IMG/VR virus record: IMGVR_UViG_3300012919_000015 | Location: 1 to 41,891 of that record | Strand: one strand, 5' to 3' | From: a virus | Taxonomy: Duplodnaviria > Caudoviricetes | DNA: 41,891 nt | Shown: positions 19,751 to 28,805 of the stretch, one piece after another | Layout: every line of letters starts with the position of its first letter | Numbering within the stretch: the first letter of the stretch is position 1 | Position numbers and translations under genes: made by a program | Notes under the pieces: generated by a model | Database searches by the model: none | Told to the model about the DNA's origin: nothing | The model's input: only the letters and a program-made list of their open reading frames with translations

Positions 19751-22030
19751 CTATCTCAAAATTGTACTAGTTATTCCACCGTTGTTGTACTTTGCAAAGG
19801 TAACATTTATTTCTTTAACAGATTTATCAGGTTTTTTTACATATTTATTATTTGCCATAATTGCAAACCCTGAACTTACTGTAGCATCAAATTTAGTTCT
19901 ATTGGATATATCGTAGTTTGCCCAATCTAAAAGGGTTCTTGTAAAGTACATATTTCCTGAACCATTTTGAGAAAAACCCACATGAGTTTCAATGTAAGAC
20001 TCTATCGCTTCAGCATGTATAGAGATAACAGCAGAAGATGATGGTATTCCACCTAACTCTTTTTCTGATTTAGACAATTCATTTTTGTGTTTATCAGGTC
20101 TGGATAAACTAAAATTCCTGTACCCTCTATTTTTAAAATGATAAAGCAACCTTGGTTTGTTATTTTCTGCAAGCAAAGGCATGCCATAAAAGACACAAGC
20201 CATAAGCACATCCTCATAAAATATCTCCGCAGTTTGTGGCCTAGATATATATTCTAAAAAAAACATATTAGAAGGTCCGTCAAGATTAATTTTAGTGAAA
20301 CCATGCAGCGCCCCATTAGATCCTCCGCCTCCAACTGTGCCTGATATATCGTAAGAGTCGCAGCCAAAGGCTCCTATGTGTTCATTGCCAGGGTATTTTA
20401 TTCCGTTCTTAATAACTATGTTGTTTCTCAATTCCAAAGGCGGTATCCAGGATAAAAAAAATCTACCGTTTTTTGATGGAGACCAAATAACTTCTGTATC
20501 TTTTTTCCCTTGACTCCAACTAAAGTTTCCTCTTGAGACAACTCTTTGAACTTCTATTCCGTCATTGTAGTCAATTTGTTCGTACAATTTGTTTAAGTTA
20601 AATAAAGTGTTTTTTGATTCATCTCTAAAAGCATGACTTTCACTTCTGGGAAACTGCCTATAAAATTCATTCAAAGCATCTGAATCAGATTTTAAAGAAT
20701 CAACTTCATTGTTCCAGTAATCAATAACGCCTATGTCTATGTCAATACCATCAATACCTTCTACGGGATATTCAGGTGTTTTAAAAACAGGATGGCCATG
20801 TAAATCTAAAAAGCCCTCCATGTTCCATTCCATTGGGATAAACAAACTATACATTCCGCTTTTAGTTTGGCCATTAGAGTTTCTTTCTAATACATCACTA
20901 TCTCTATAAAGGCTTTTGAAATTGTCTCCACCTTTGTCAAGGCTGTTAGATGTAGAGCCCATCATACACTTGCCAATTATTCTTCTTCCCAGTCTAAGAC
21001 AAGTTTTAGTGACTCTCCAGCTGTTGAGGATATTGTCGGGTCTTTCCCACTTTCCGCTTTCATCATGAACAAGGAGCTGTAATTTTTCCCCATCGTAGGA
21101 GTTATCTCCTGTATTTCTCCAATCAATCGTTGTATCGAGTCCTGTAAGCTGTTCTTTGTTATTCTCAGTAATTGATTTCCTTGTAAGCTTTGATGCTGGT
21201 ACTCTGTAAGCAAGTTCTGTTTTTGGTCTATCCATTCCATCTTGTATTGGTTTGAAAAAGAATGGGTAGTTTGTTGATATTGGAACAACTTTATCTGTGA
21301 ACATTTTTTTAGCATCAGCTCCAGATTTGGACAATATTCCGAACCGTGAGTCAGAAGTAATTGTTGCTTGAGCCACGGCTTCTGCTGAAGACATGAAGCT
21401 AAATCCAGACCGTCTATTTTTGAGATAGCACATTCCGTAAGATCTACTGTCAACTTTGCAGGCTTCCCAAAATATGAAGAAAATTCTATTAGCCTCCCTG
21501 AACTCTGGGAGCCCAACATCAATCTTGGTCCACTGGAGATACATGTAATGTGTACCAGTGATATAAGTATCAACACCATTATTTTTAAAATAAAAACCAT
21601 TTTCTCTTCTTTCAAATTCTTCCTCAATATATGAAATCCATTTTTCTTTAAAAGCAGAAGGATATTCATTCCACTGAAATATTGTCTTAATGTGTCTTAA
21701 TTCTTTTGGGTAGTCGAAAGGTTCCCAGTATTGTTTTTTATTTAAAGAACTCCTTGAAAAAACTTTCTTCGGCTGCAAAGGTAACCCTATTTTCAAATTT
21801 TGCACTTCTATTATTTGGCCCAGAGTTCCGTCTTTTGATATAATTATTATATCATATAGTTTATTATAACCAGATTTCCAAGATTTGCTTTTATTGTTTT
21901 TATTCAATACAGATTTAGGCACAATGTCTTTTAGCGTTCTATAAAGATCAAGACTTTCTTCCCCTTGTTTCTGCAAAGCTTTGGAATCCTGTATTATTTC
22001 TTTTGTCTTCTCTAGATTTATCCTGGTCAC
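19751..22030 (-). CDS. terL: Terminase large subunit (start uncertain: GTG 22030 or TTG 21976)
   Basis: Walker A-like LKNRRSGFS, Walker B LLVHDESGKW, coupling motif MGSTSN, nuclease motifs FGCDSYD and KFDATVS. Confidence 0.92.
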   Translation of the reverse strand: MTRINLEKTKEIIQDSKALQKQGEESLDLYRTLKDIVPKSVLNKNNKSKSWKSGYNKLYDIIIISKDGTLGQIIEVQNLKIGLPLQPKKVFSRSSLNKKQYWEPFDYPKELRHIKTIFQWNEYPSAFKEKWISYIEEEFERRENGFYFKNNGVDTYITGTHYMYLQWTKIDVGLPEFREANRIFFIFWEACKVDSRSYGMCYLKNRRSGFSFMSSAEAVAQATITSDSRFGILSKSGADAKKMFTDKVVPISTNYPFFFKPIQDGMDRPKTELAYRVPASKLTRKSITENNKEQLTGLDTTIDWRNTGDNSYDGEKLQLLVHDESGKWERPDNILNSWRVTKTCLRLGRRIIGKCMMGSTSNSLDKGGDNFKSLYRDSDVLERNSNGQTKSGMYSLFIPMEWNMEGFLDLHGHPVFKTPEYPVEGIDGIDIDIGVIDYWNNEVDSLKSDSDALNEFYRQFPRSESHAFRDESKNTLFNLNKLYEQIDYNDGIEVQRVVSRGNFSWSQGKKDTEVIWSPSKNGRFFLSWIPPLELRNNIVIKNGIKYPGNEHIGAFGCDSYDISGTVGGGGSNGALHGFTKINLDGPSNMFFLEYISRPQTAEIFYEDVLMACVFYGMPLLAENNKPRLLYHFKNRGYRNFSLSRPDKHKNELSKSEKELGGIPSSSAVISIHAEAIESYIETHVGFSQNGSGNMYFTRTLLDWANYDISNRTKFDATVSSGFAIMANNKYVKKPDKSVKEINVTFAKYNNGGITSTILR

Positions 22031-22250
22031 TTAACTTGTCTCTTTCTATTTCTATTCTTTGTAATATTTCAAAAGCATCAAATATCGCTAGCTTTTTAGT
22101 AGCTGCAGCATTTTTTAATCTATCTGCAGCAAGATCATCATCTGGATCTCCTGTTATTATTTCTTCTTCAGCTACTTTAATTAGCTCTTTGACAGCTTTT
22201 TCTCCAGCACTAATTACTTTTTGTATTGTGTCTGTTACTTTTGTTTCCAT
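21948..22250 (-). CDS. Putative terminase small subunit
   Basis: 100-aa helical protein immediately upstream of and overlapping terL. Confidence 0.5.
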   Translation of the reverse strand: METKVTDTIQKVISAGEKAVKELIKVAEEEIITGDPDDDLAADRLKNAAATKKLAIFDAFEILQRIEIERDKLSDQDKSREDKRNNTGFQSFAETRGRKS

Positions 22251-22446
22251 CTCTTATTGTTTTATTCCACAATATCTGTGCTAATTTTATTTGCTCTGGA
22301 CTGTCAATAGAAATACTGTCAATTATTTTTTGATATGTTTTCGTTCTTAATGCTTGTCTCTCTTTCAGTACTTGAAGTTGTGAAGTACATCCCATCAATA
22401 GAATCCCCCCAATACTGAGACTCAGAGTTCTTTTTATTTTTTTCAT
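22210..22446 (-). CDS. Small lipoprotein (o-spanin-like candidate)
   Basis: MKKIKR + hydrophobic core + lipobox LMG-C; overlaps both neighbouring ORFs. Confidence 0.55.
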   Translation of the reverse strand: MKKIKRTLSLSIGGILLMGCTSQLQVLKERQALRTKTYQKIIDSISIDSPEQIKLAQILWNKTIRDGNKSNRHNTKSN

Positions 22447-22567
22447 TCTGTTTGTTTGTTTGTTGAAGTAATAATACTTCAGTTAGTTTGTCGATACTTT
22501 TTCGTATCTCTTTCAATTCGTTTCTTAAGCCGTTTGACTTTACAGTCACTTCTGTTTTCTTACTCAT
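22319..22567 (-). CDS. Hypothetical coiled-coil protein (82 aa)
   Basis: ATG overlaps the upstream gene end; heptad pattern LRNELKEIRKSIDKLTEVL. Confidence 0.5.
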   Translation of the reverse strand: MSKKTEVTVKSNGLRNELKEIRKSIDKLTEVLLLQQTNKQNEKNKKNSESQYWGDSIDGMYFTTSSTERETSIKNENISKNN

Positions 22568-22811
22568 TTTTTAAATTAGATTTTGACATTGCTTCAAGCA
22601 AGCCCCTTTCGTATTCAATTTGTTTTTCTATAGTTAGTATTCTTTCTTCAAGTTTATTTATAACAATAATCTTTTCGTCTAACCTATCATGAACTAAAGA
22701 TATTTCATCTTTTAATGCCGTAAACTCTGCGAATATTCCTCCTGCTGTAAACACAGCAACAATAAACGATATTACTATTGATAGATTATTCTTTATAAAT
22801 GCATCCGGCAT
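22560..22811 (-). CDS. Single-TM plus coiled-coil membrane protein (i-spanin- or holin-like)
   Basis: TM segment LSIVISFIVAVFTAGGIFA followed by heptads. Confidence 0.55.
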   Translation of the reverse strand: MPDAFIKNNLSIVISFIVAVFTAGGIFAEFTALKDEISLVHDRLDEKIIVINKLEERILTIEKQIEYERGLLEAMSKSNLKNE

Positions 22812-22903
22812 CAGTTATTTTTTTTTGCTGGTTTATTTTTTCCCTTTTTTTGAGCCCTTGTACAATGACTGTACTTGCCTTTTCTATTTAGAGACTTTCC
22901 CAT
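22811..22903 (-). CDS. 30-aa basic peptide MGKSLNRKGKYSHCTRAQKKGKNKPAKKNN
   Basis: Below the ORF-track cutoff; fills the gap exactly, with ATG adjacent to the upstream stop and a TGATG overlap downstream. Confidence 0.55.
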   Translation of the reverse strand: MGKSLNRKGKYSHCTRAQKKGKNKPAKKNN

Positions 22904-23449
22904 TTATGTAAATTTAACACAAATATCATTAAGTTTCATTCGATATAATTTTTCTCCGTCAACCTCAAACTCGTACTCTGAGTTTTTAGTAAACCCAACC
23001 CGTGTACCTTTTTTCAAAATAGAACTATACTTCACAATTCCCACATGCTCTTCTTCATCCTTGTCTGCCCTATGTAATTCTTTATCTTGTATAAAATCAA
23101 CAGGAGATATAAAAATAAAATTTTTAGTGCATTTCCAACCTTCTCCATCATTAAACATATATATTCTATCTAGATCAACTAAATACTTTGAGTCTCTAAA
23201 ATACTCGTTGCTTTTTCTTTGCTTTCCTTTAGCATCGTAATAAGTTCTGAAAACATTATGATGAACAACGACAAAACTATTGATTGGTATTTCGGAATCT
23301 TTTGGAGTAGATAGAACAACTCCTATTCTATTCACATACTTTGCATCTTCTAAAGAAGTGTTTAGAATCAAAGATTTACCTGCAATTATTTTTAGATTAT
23401 TGTATTCTTGTCCACATGGAGCTACTAAATATTTCCATCTGGGATTCAT
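22904..23449 (-). CDS. GroES-like protein, probably two tandem GroES-fold domains
   Basis: Two units of the pattern (L/F)(V/I)xP...loop...G(V/I)V...G/NxxV...; C-terminal EFEVDGEKLYRMKLNDI parallels DIRIDGEKLAVVHDRNV in the GroES at 38744-39001. Confidence 0.6.
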   Translation of the reverse strand: MNPRWKYLVAPCGQEYNNLKIIAGKSLILNTSLEDAKYVNRIGVVLSTPKDSEIPINSFVVVHHNVFRTYYDAKGKQRKSNEYFRDSKYLVDLDRIYMFNDGEGWKCTKNFIFISPVDFIQDKELHRADKDEEEHVGIVKYSSILKKGTRVGFTKNSEYEFEVDGEKLYRMKLNDICVKFT

Positions 23450-23667
23450 ATTGCATTTAAGTTATATTCTATAGTAACTGGTATGTTAGAAAATTCTTTC
23501 CATTTAATTATCTCTCCCTGTTTTTTTACCCAAACAGAATACCCTTCATCTTCTAAGTCTATAGTTTCAATAAAGTAAGACCCGCCCAAAACTTCTTGTC
23601 CAACAATATAATGCATGGCATTTTTATAGTCGGATCCTATTGATATTTTTCTTATATAATTATTCAT
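23446..23667 (-). CDS. Conserved hypothetical protein (73 aa)
   Basis: ATGA overlap with the next gene; AT-rich leader. Confidence 0.6.
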   Translation of the reverse strand: MNNYIRKISIGSDYKNAMHYIVGQEVLGGSYFIETIDLEDEGYSVWVKKQGEIIKWKEFSNIPVTIEYNLNAI

Positions 23668-23701
23668 TTAAATTAAATTTAATGTTTGACTCTAAATACT
23701 T

Positions 23702-24073
23702 CTATTCAGAGACTAAATCCCACTGCTGGCTTTCCTCGTTCCAGCTATATAAATTTCCATCATCTGGATATTGCACTGGAGGCTCCCATACACAAGACTC
23801 TTCATTAAGAACCCAGCTTTCGTGAGGTTGCTTTTCAATAAAAGCATCTCTGCTTTGGTCGTAAATAAACCCAATAGCCGCAAAGTTTTTTCTAAATGGA
23901 GTTCCTCCTAACTTATGTTTACCTGCCAAAGTATTTACTGAAGTTCTTTTACAAACCTGATTTGATTTATTTGTGTAATAAATTTCCCAATTTATGTTGC
24001 CATCTGTTTCGTCTCTTCCAACAAAAACACTTGTAACCTCGTTGTTTATATTTAATAATGCGTAATGTGCCAT
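23702..24073 (-). CDS. Fibre-associated (assembly chaperone-like) protein, copy 1
   Basis: MAHYALL...GGTPFRKNFAAIG...RDAFI...W.LNE.SC.WE.P; paralogue of 25375-25755; follows a Gly-rich fibre gene. Confidence 0.7.
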   Translation of the reverse strand: MAHYALLNINNEVTSVFVGRDETDGNINWEIYYTNKSNQVCKRTSVNTLAGKHKLGGTPFRKNFAAIGFIYDQSRDAFIEKQPHESWVLNEESCVWEPPVQYPDDGNLYSWNEESQQWDLVSE

Positions 24074-24075
24074 GT

Positions 24076-25341
24076 CTATCCTGTATATGCAAAAGATATT
24101 GTGTCGTTGGATCCTCCTGTTATTGTAGATACATTATATAATGCTCCATTCCAACTTATTTGTCCAGTGTTTTGAACTACTCCAGAGCTAAATGTAGCTG
24201 TAAAAGTAGCTAAATATTTTAAGATTATAACTCCAGATCCTCCAACTCCAGCACCAAAGCCGCCACCATGTCCAGTTAGAGCTCTTGTTGTCGACCATCC
24301 TGTTCCATTAGTTCCATTGGCTGAACCACTTGAATAACCTCTAAGACCACCAGGGCCAGCCCCATAATAAGTAGAGGTTCCATTAATGTCGTTTTCAGTT
24401 CCGGCTCCTCCAGTCCCCCCAACTTTATTGTTATTACCACCTCCATTGCCTTGCGTGCCGCCACCGCCGCCGCCGCCTCCATTGCCAGCACCACTAGCGC
24501 CTCCACCATCATAACCTTGCCCAGTTGTTCCTGTACCTCCTGATCTTGCCGTTCCATATACTGAGAAAGCTCCACTACCACATCCACCATCAGTTCCATT
24601 TACTCCTGTACCAGTAGTAGAACCTGAACTAGCACCGCCTCCTCCGTTTGATGTAATTGAGGCAAAAGTAGTATCACCTCCATTTCCTTGATTAGTATTG
24701 TATGTTCCTGAGGCCTCTGCTCCTCCAGCGCCTACTGTAATTGTATAATTTTGAGCTAAATTTAAAGTAAGTGCGCTTTCTAGACTAGAGCCTCTCCCTG
24801 AATAAGTAGATCCCGTAGAAGTTCTTAATCCTCCAGCACCTCCACCACCTCTATAATATCCATTACCGTCTGATCCTCCGCCTCCAGCTAAAACCAAAAA
24901 ATGCACATCAACGCTTGTTATCGGTGTTGGAAGAGCTTCAGATCCTTCTCCAGATGCAGAAACTGAAAGCCAACCTTTTGTAGCTCCTGAAAAAACTAAT
25001 TGCACAGCTCCTTTATTATACTGTATTCCTTGATCTGCAGATCCTCCTTCAATATTATCAGATGTAGTAAATACTATTGGGTTTACTGCAGAATTGCCAC
25101 CATAATCTACAAAAGAAATAAGATCTCCCACAGAAGGCGAGGATGGTAGTGTAACAGTGACAGATGAAGAGGTAGTGTCAACAAAATATCCTTCTCCAGC
25201 AGTTCCTTGAAAAGCACTTGTTTTGACTTGAGACTGCCAGCTAATAGCACCGCCAGCTCCATCAAGCAGCCCGGGCGCTAGTTTAGCTGCGGTTACAGAT
25301 GCGTCTGTTATTCCTCCTGTTTTTACTTGTGTTAATGCCAT
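24076..25341 (-). CDS. Gly-rich tail fibre/adhesin (421 aa)
   Basis: N-terminal VTAAKLAPG peptide, GEGYFVDT..VTLPSSPSVGD..KGW domain, and a C-terminal polyglycine domain ending GGSGVIILKY. Confidence 0.75.
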   Translation of the reverse strand: MALTQVKTGGITDASVTAAKLAPGLLDGAGGAISWQSQVKTSAFQGTAGEGYFVDTTSSSVTVTLPSSPSVGDLISFVDYGGNSAVNPIVFTTSDNIEGGSADQGIQYNKGAVQLVFSGATKGWLSVSASGEGSEALPTPITSVDVHFLVLAGGGGSDGNGYYRGGGGAGGLRTSTGSTYSGRGSSLESALTLNLAQNYTITVGAGGAEASGTYNTNQGNGGDTTFASITSNGGGGASSGSTTGTGVNGTDGGCGSGAFSVYGTARSGGTGTTGQGYDGGGASGAGNGGGGGGGGTQGNGGGNNNKVGGTGGAGTENDINGTSTYYGAGPGGLRGYSSGSANGTNGTGWSTTRALTGHGGGFGAGVGGSGVIILKYLATFTATFSSGVVQNTGQISWNGALYNVSTITGGSNDTISFAYTG

Positions 25342-25354
25342 TTATTATTTTTTA

Positions 25355-25362
25355 CAAAGTTA
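25355..25362 (-). promoter_or_regulatory. Bacteroidetes -7 element TAACTTTG
   Basis: Exact match; the leader downstream is near-identical to the one at 27050-27062. Confidence 0.65.
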
Positions 25363-25374
25363 AAAAATTTGAAG

Positions 25375-25755
25375 TCACTCTGTTGGTATTTGAATCCATT
25401 GCTGTTGAGGCTCATCCCATAGGTAATCTTTACCATCATCTGGATAAGGAATGGGCGCCTCCCAAACACATGAATTTTCATTTAATATCCAGCTATCTAA
25501 ACCCTCTGGTTTTGGAGGAATAAAAGCATCCCTTTCCTCATCATAGATATATCCCAAAGCTGCATAATTTTTCCTAAATGGTGTTCCGCCTAAAGTATGG
25601 ACTCCTTCATGAGTATTGTAAGATGTTTGTTTGCATTTCATTTTAAACATATCTTGAAACACTAATTCCATGTCAACATCAGAATCATCTTGACATTTTC
25701 CAGAAATGACTTTCTGTACTATGTTTTTGTGATTTAGTAAAGCGTAATGAGCCAT
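25375..25755 (-). CDS. Fibre-associated (assembly chaperone-like) protein, copy 2
   Basis: Clear paralogue of 23702-24073. Confidence 0.7.
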   Translation of the reverse strand: MAHYALLNHKNIVQKVISGKCQDDSDVDMELVFQDMFKMKCKQTSYNTHEGVHTLGGTPFRKNYAALGYIYDEERDAFIPPKPEGLDSWILNENSCVWEAPIPYPDDGKDYLWDEPQQQWIQIPTE

Positions 25756-25762
25756 AATTATA

Positions 25763-27049
25763 TTAATTAAATTGAATTGTTCCGTTTGTACCAGCTGTAA
25801 TGGTTGTAATATTAAATCCAGACACAGATGATGAATCTGTGGACATTGTTAAAACATTTGGACTGGTCGTTTCACTTATAGTAAGACTATCTGGATATTT
25901 TAATATGATCACACCAGACCCTCCAGCATATCCGCTAGCATTCCAGTGATTTCCAGATCCACCAGATCCAGTGTTTGCTGCTCCAGCGCTGTCTGGACCA
26001 CCGCCACCACCAGCTCCTCCAGTTCCAACAGCGTTACTAGAGTCTCCAGAGCCACCACCGCCACCACCAGCATAAGTAACGCTAGTGCCAGTTATATCTG
26101 AGGCATATCCATCACCACCATTTCCGCCATTAGGATAATTAACAGATCCAGCGTTTCCATCGGCACCAGCTCCACCACCACCGCCACAGCTAGTGTTATA
26201 ATTACTTTGCTTATAGGAATTACCTCCTTGATTAGCTCTTGATCCTAAATCTCCCTCATTTTTTGTTTCCGATACTGAGGATTGAGCGCCTCCGATTGGA
26301 TACCTAACTATTCCAGCTCCACCAGATGATCCCCCAGTGTCTCCAGTAAGATCTCCATAATAACCTCCATGACCACCTCCGTAAACTTCATAATCAAAAG
26401 TGTTTGATGCTGCTGAATCAGCTACAATAGAAGTGTGATTTCCGTTATTATTTGCCGCTCCTCCAGCACCTACTGTAACAGTATAATTTAAAGCAGTTTC
26501 TATAGATATATTTGGCTTGTCTAAAAATTCTCCAGCTCCACCACCGCCTCCATTTGCGTTATAATTCTGAAAGGAATAAGCTCCATAACCTCCACCACCT
26601 CCACCACCAATCAATAAAGCCCTCATCTCTACCACTGGTTCAGATGTAGCTGTAGTGCCTTCGTTTGCTGATGATGCTATTAGCCAACCTTTTGTATCTC
26701 CAGAAAAAACAATTCTTAAAGCTTGATTTTGCTGACTTAAAACTTGATCAGAATCAGACCCTATTATTTTTTTGGCTGAGGTTATTGTTAAGTTATTTGT
26801 TTGAAAAGATGACCCAAAGTCTGCAAAAGCTATAATATCTCCCACAGTTGGCGTTGATGGAAGTGTTACAGTTATAGCTGATGAGCTTGTATCAACAAAA
26901 TAACCTTCTCCAGATGTTGCGTTAAAATTAGAAGTTTTAGAATTAGTTTGCCACTCAATCCCTCCTACATCAAGTACACCGGGCGCTAATTTAGCTGCAG
27001 TTATAGTCCCGTCTTTTATAACGTCTGCTGTTACCTGTGTTGCTGCCAT
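25763..27049 (-). CDS. Gly-rich tail fibre/adhesin (428 aa)
   Basis: Same three-part architecture as 24076-25341. Confidence 0.75.
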   Translation of the reverse strand: MAATQVTADVIKDGTITAAKLAPGVLDVGGIEWQTNSKTSNFNATSGEGYFVDTSSSAITVTLPSTPTVGDIIAFADFGSSFQTNNLTITSAKKIIGSDSDQVLSQQNQALRIVFSGDTKGWLIASSANEGTTATSEPVVEMRALLIGGGGGGGYGAYSFQNYNANGGGGGAGEFLDKPNISIETALNYTVTVGAGGAANNNGNHTSIVADSAASNTFDYEVYGGGHGGYYGDLTGDTGGSSGGAGIVRYPIGGAQSSVSETKNEGDLGSRANQGGNSYKQSNYNTSCGGGGGAGADGNAGSVNYPNGGNGGDGYASDITGTSVTYAGGGGGGSGDSSNAVGTGGAGGGGGPDSAGAANTGSGGSGNHWNASGYAGGSGVIILKYPDSLTISETTSPNVLTMSTDSSSVSGFNITTITAGTNGTIQFN

Positions 27050-27062
27050 TTATTATTTTTTA

Positions 27063-27070
27063 CAAATTTA
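27063..27070 (-). promoter_or_regulatory. Bacteroidetes -7 element TAAATTTG
   Basis: Exact match 13 nt upstream of the ATG at 27049. Confidence 0.65.
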
Positions 27071-27164
27071 CAAAATATATTTATTAGGTAGTAACCATCT
27101 TAAATAAAGGGGTTACCTATCTAGGCGCTACAAAAATATTGTTAGCGCTATAAAAGTATCGTTA

Positions 27165-28004
27165 TTAAAATGTTATTGTTCCTGTGCCTGCTGTAAATGA
27201 TATTACAGTATCTCCAGATACAGTTGAAGTTGAATATGTTAATCCTGCTGATATTGTTGGCGAAGCCCCTGTAAATCTTAAAATTACAATTCCTGATCCT
27301 CCAGGTGCTCCTTGATAATTATATAAACCACCAGAGTAATAATTGCCATCACCGCCGGCACCTTCGCCACCATTTCCTCTGTTAGCTGTACCAGCAACTG
27401 CAATATCATAGGTTCCACCTCCTTCACCGTGCCCACCAGCACCATAAGTTACATTACTTCCTGTTATATTGTTTGTAACGCCGGGCCCTCCGTTTCCTTG
27501 TGTATTACTACCAGAAGAAGCGCCGCCAGCTCCTCCAGCACCACCACCTCCGGATGATGCACAACAACTAGCACCCATATTACCACCGGCATAACCCGCA
27601 GTTGCAGATCCTCCTAAAGCACTAACTATACCGCCAGCACCACCGCCGGATGCCCCTGACCTTCCGTGATTAGCACTACTTAAAGAGCCTGATTGTTGAG
27701 CGCTACCACCGCCACCACCACCAGCGGCAGTTATATTATGAAAAATAGAATCTCCACCATCTGGACCTTGCACTGATGCACCTGTCCATGATCCCCCATT
27801 AGAAGTAGGCGCTACCTGCACTGTAAGATTTGTTCCTGTAGGAAAATCCGCTGTAGAGGTTACAACAGCTCCACCGCCGCCCCCTCCACCTGCTCTATCA
27901 TTGGATGGAGATCCACCACCACCGGTACCACCTGCACCAACAATTAAATATTGTATGCTTATATTTGTTTCATGGGCAGAAAACATTAAAGTATCGCCAA
28001 ACAT
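27165..28004 (-). CDS. Stand-alone Gly-rich fibre tip protein (279 aa)
   Basis: Consists only of the Gly-rich domain (YLIVGAGG...GGSGIVILRF) behind a short MFGDTLMF leader. Confidence 0.7.
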   Translation of the reverse strand: MFGDTLMFSAHETNISIQYLIVGAGGTGGGGSPSNDRAGGGGGGGAVVTSTADFPTGTNLTVQVAPTSNGGSWTGASVQGPDGGDSIFHNITAAGGGGGGSAQQSGSLSSANHGRSGASGGGAGGIVSALGGSATAGYAGGNMGASCCASSGGGGAGGAGGASSGSNTQGNGGPGVTNNITGSNVTYGAGGHGEGGGTYDIAVAGTANRGNGGEGAGGDGNYYSGGLYNYQGAPGGSGIVILRFTGASPTISAGLTYSTSTVSGDTVISFTAGTGTITF

Positions 28005-28005
28005 A

Positions 28006-28392
28006 TTATGTAGCTATTTGTGATATTGAATACCAAAACTCAGTTGCACCAACGCACATAATTTGTATTAAATTTTTCTTTCCGGAAGTATCATCATAGT
28101 CTCCTGAAATTTTGTTAAAAGTATTAGAAGAACCACCGACATTTAAAGTTATAGTATATGAGTTACCACTGCCTGTTATTATAAAAACTTTTGATATACC
28201 TATTACTGGATCTGTAATATTTAAAGTCGTATTAGAAGTAGGAGTTAGCGTAAATATTTGAGCAGACGTATAACTAACATTAATACTTGTCCCAGGAGTT
28301 AAAGAAGCTATGGTGGTAAATTCATTTGCAACCTTGTCACTAGTAATTAAGTCATCAGTAAGAACCCCAGTAGTAATTTTTGTTATAGGCAT
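28006..28392 (-). CDS. Short fibre adaptor protein (128 aa)
   Basis: N-terminus MPITKITTGVLTDDLITSDKV resembles the starts of the two Gly-rich fibres; small beta-rich domain. Confidence 0.6.
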   Translation of the reverse strand: MPITKITTGVLTDDLITSDKVANEFTTIASLTPGTSINVSYTSAQIFTLTPTSNTTLNITDPVIGISKVFIITGSGNSYTITLNVGGSSNTFNKISGDYDDTSGKKNLIQIMCVGATEFWYSISQIAT

Positions 28393-28395
28393 AAT

Positions 28396-28482
28396 TTAAT
28401 ATTTAAATAAAGATACAAATAATACAGCTTCGGTTACAGATCCGCCTGTTGATGCTTTTGTTTTTGCTTTTCTTAATAACAT
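28396..28482 (-). pseudogene. 28-codon ORF, possible relic of a deleted tip gene
   Basis: MLLRKAKTKASTGGSVTEAVLFVSLFKY; coding-like first half runs into AT-rich leader sequence. Confidence 0.3.
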
Positions 28483-28493
28483 AATCTATATAA

Positions 28494-28802
28494 TTATTCT
28501 GACCAAGGAAATGATGTCTCTTGTGTTCCTTCGCTTAAATTAAACTTTTCTTGTATTTCATAAATTGCCATCTCTTCTCTAATACCATCGGTGTACCAAT
28601 CAATGACATTTTCTTCTTTTAAAGAATCATATTGTATAAATGACTCTTGTTTAGGCATGGGTAAAATTAAATCATGGTCTACATAATAAGACTGACCATC
28701 TTTAGTACCAGTTATTCTTATCTTAAAACTTTTAATAGTGTTTGTAAAATTACCCTCGTCTTTTTTCCTAAGTTCTAATATTTGGTATGTATATGTAATC
28801 AT
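28494..28802 (-). CDS. Fibre-associated hypothetical protein (102 aa)
   Basis: MITYTY.I...FIQYDSLKEENVIDW...PW, a pattern I recall from small genes following fibres in aquatic phages. Confidence 0.6.
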   Translation of the reverse strand: MITYTYQILELRKKDEGNFTNTIKSFKIRITGTKDGQSYYVDHDLILPMPKQESFIQYDSLKEENVIDWYTDGIREEMAIYEIQEKFNLSEGTQETSFPWSE

Positions 28803-28805
28803 AAT

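Noticed and set aside
20977-21669. 230-aa same-strand alternative-frame ORF inside terL
   Set aside because: Overlies the conserved ATPase core with typical off-frame composition and no recognisable motif. Its length is notable, and only conservation analysis could revive it.
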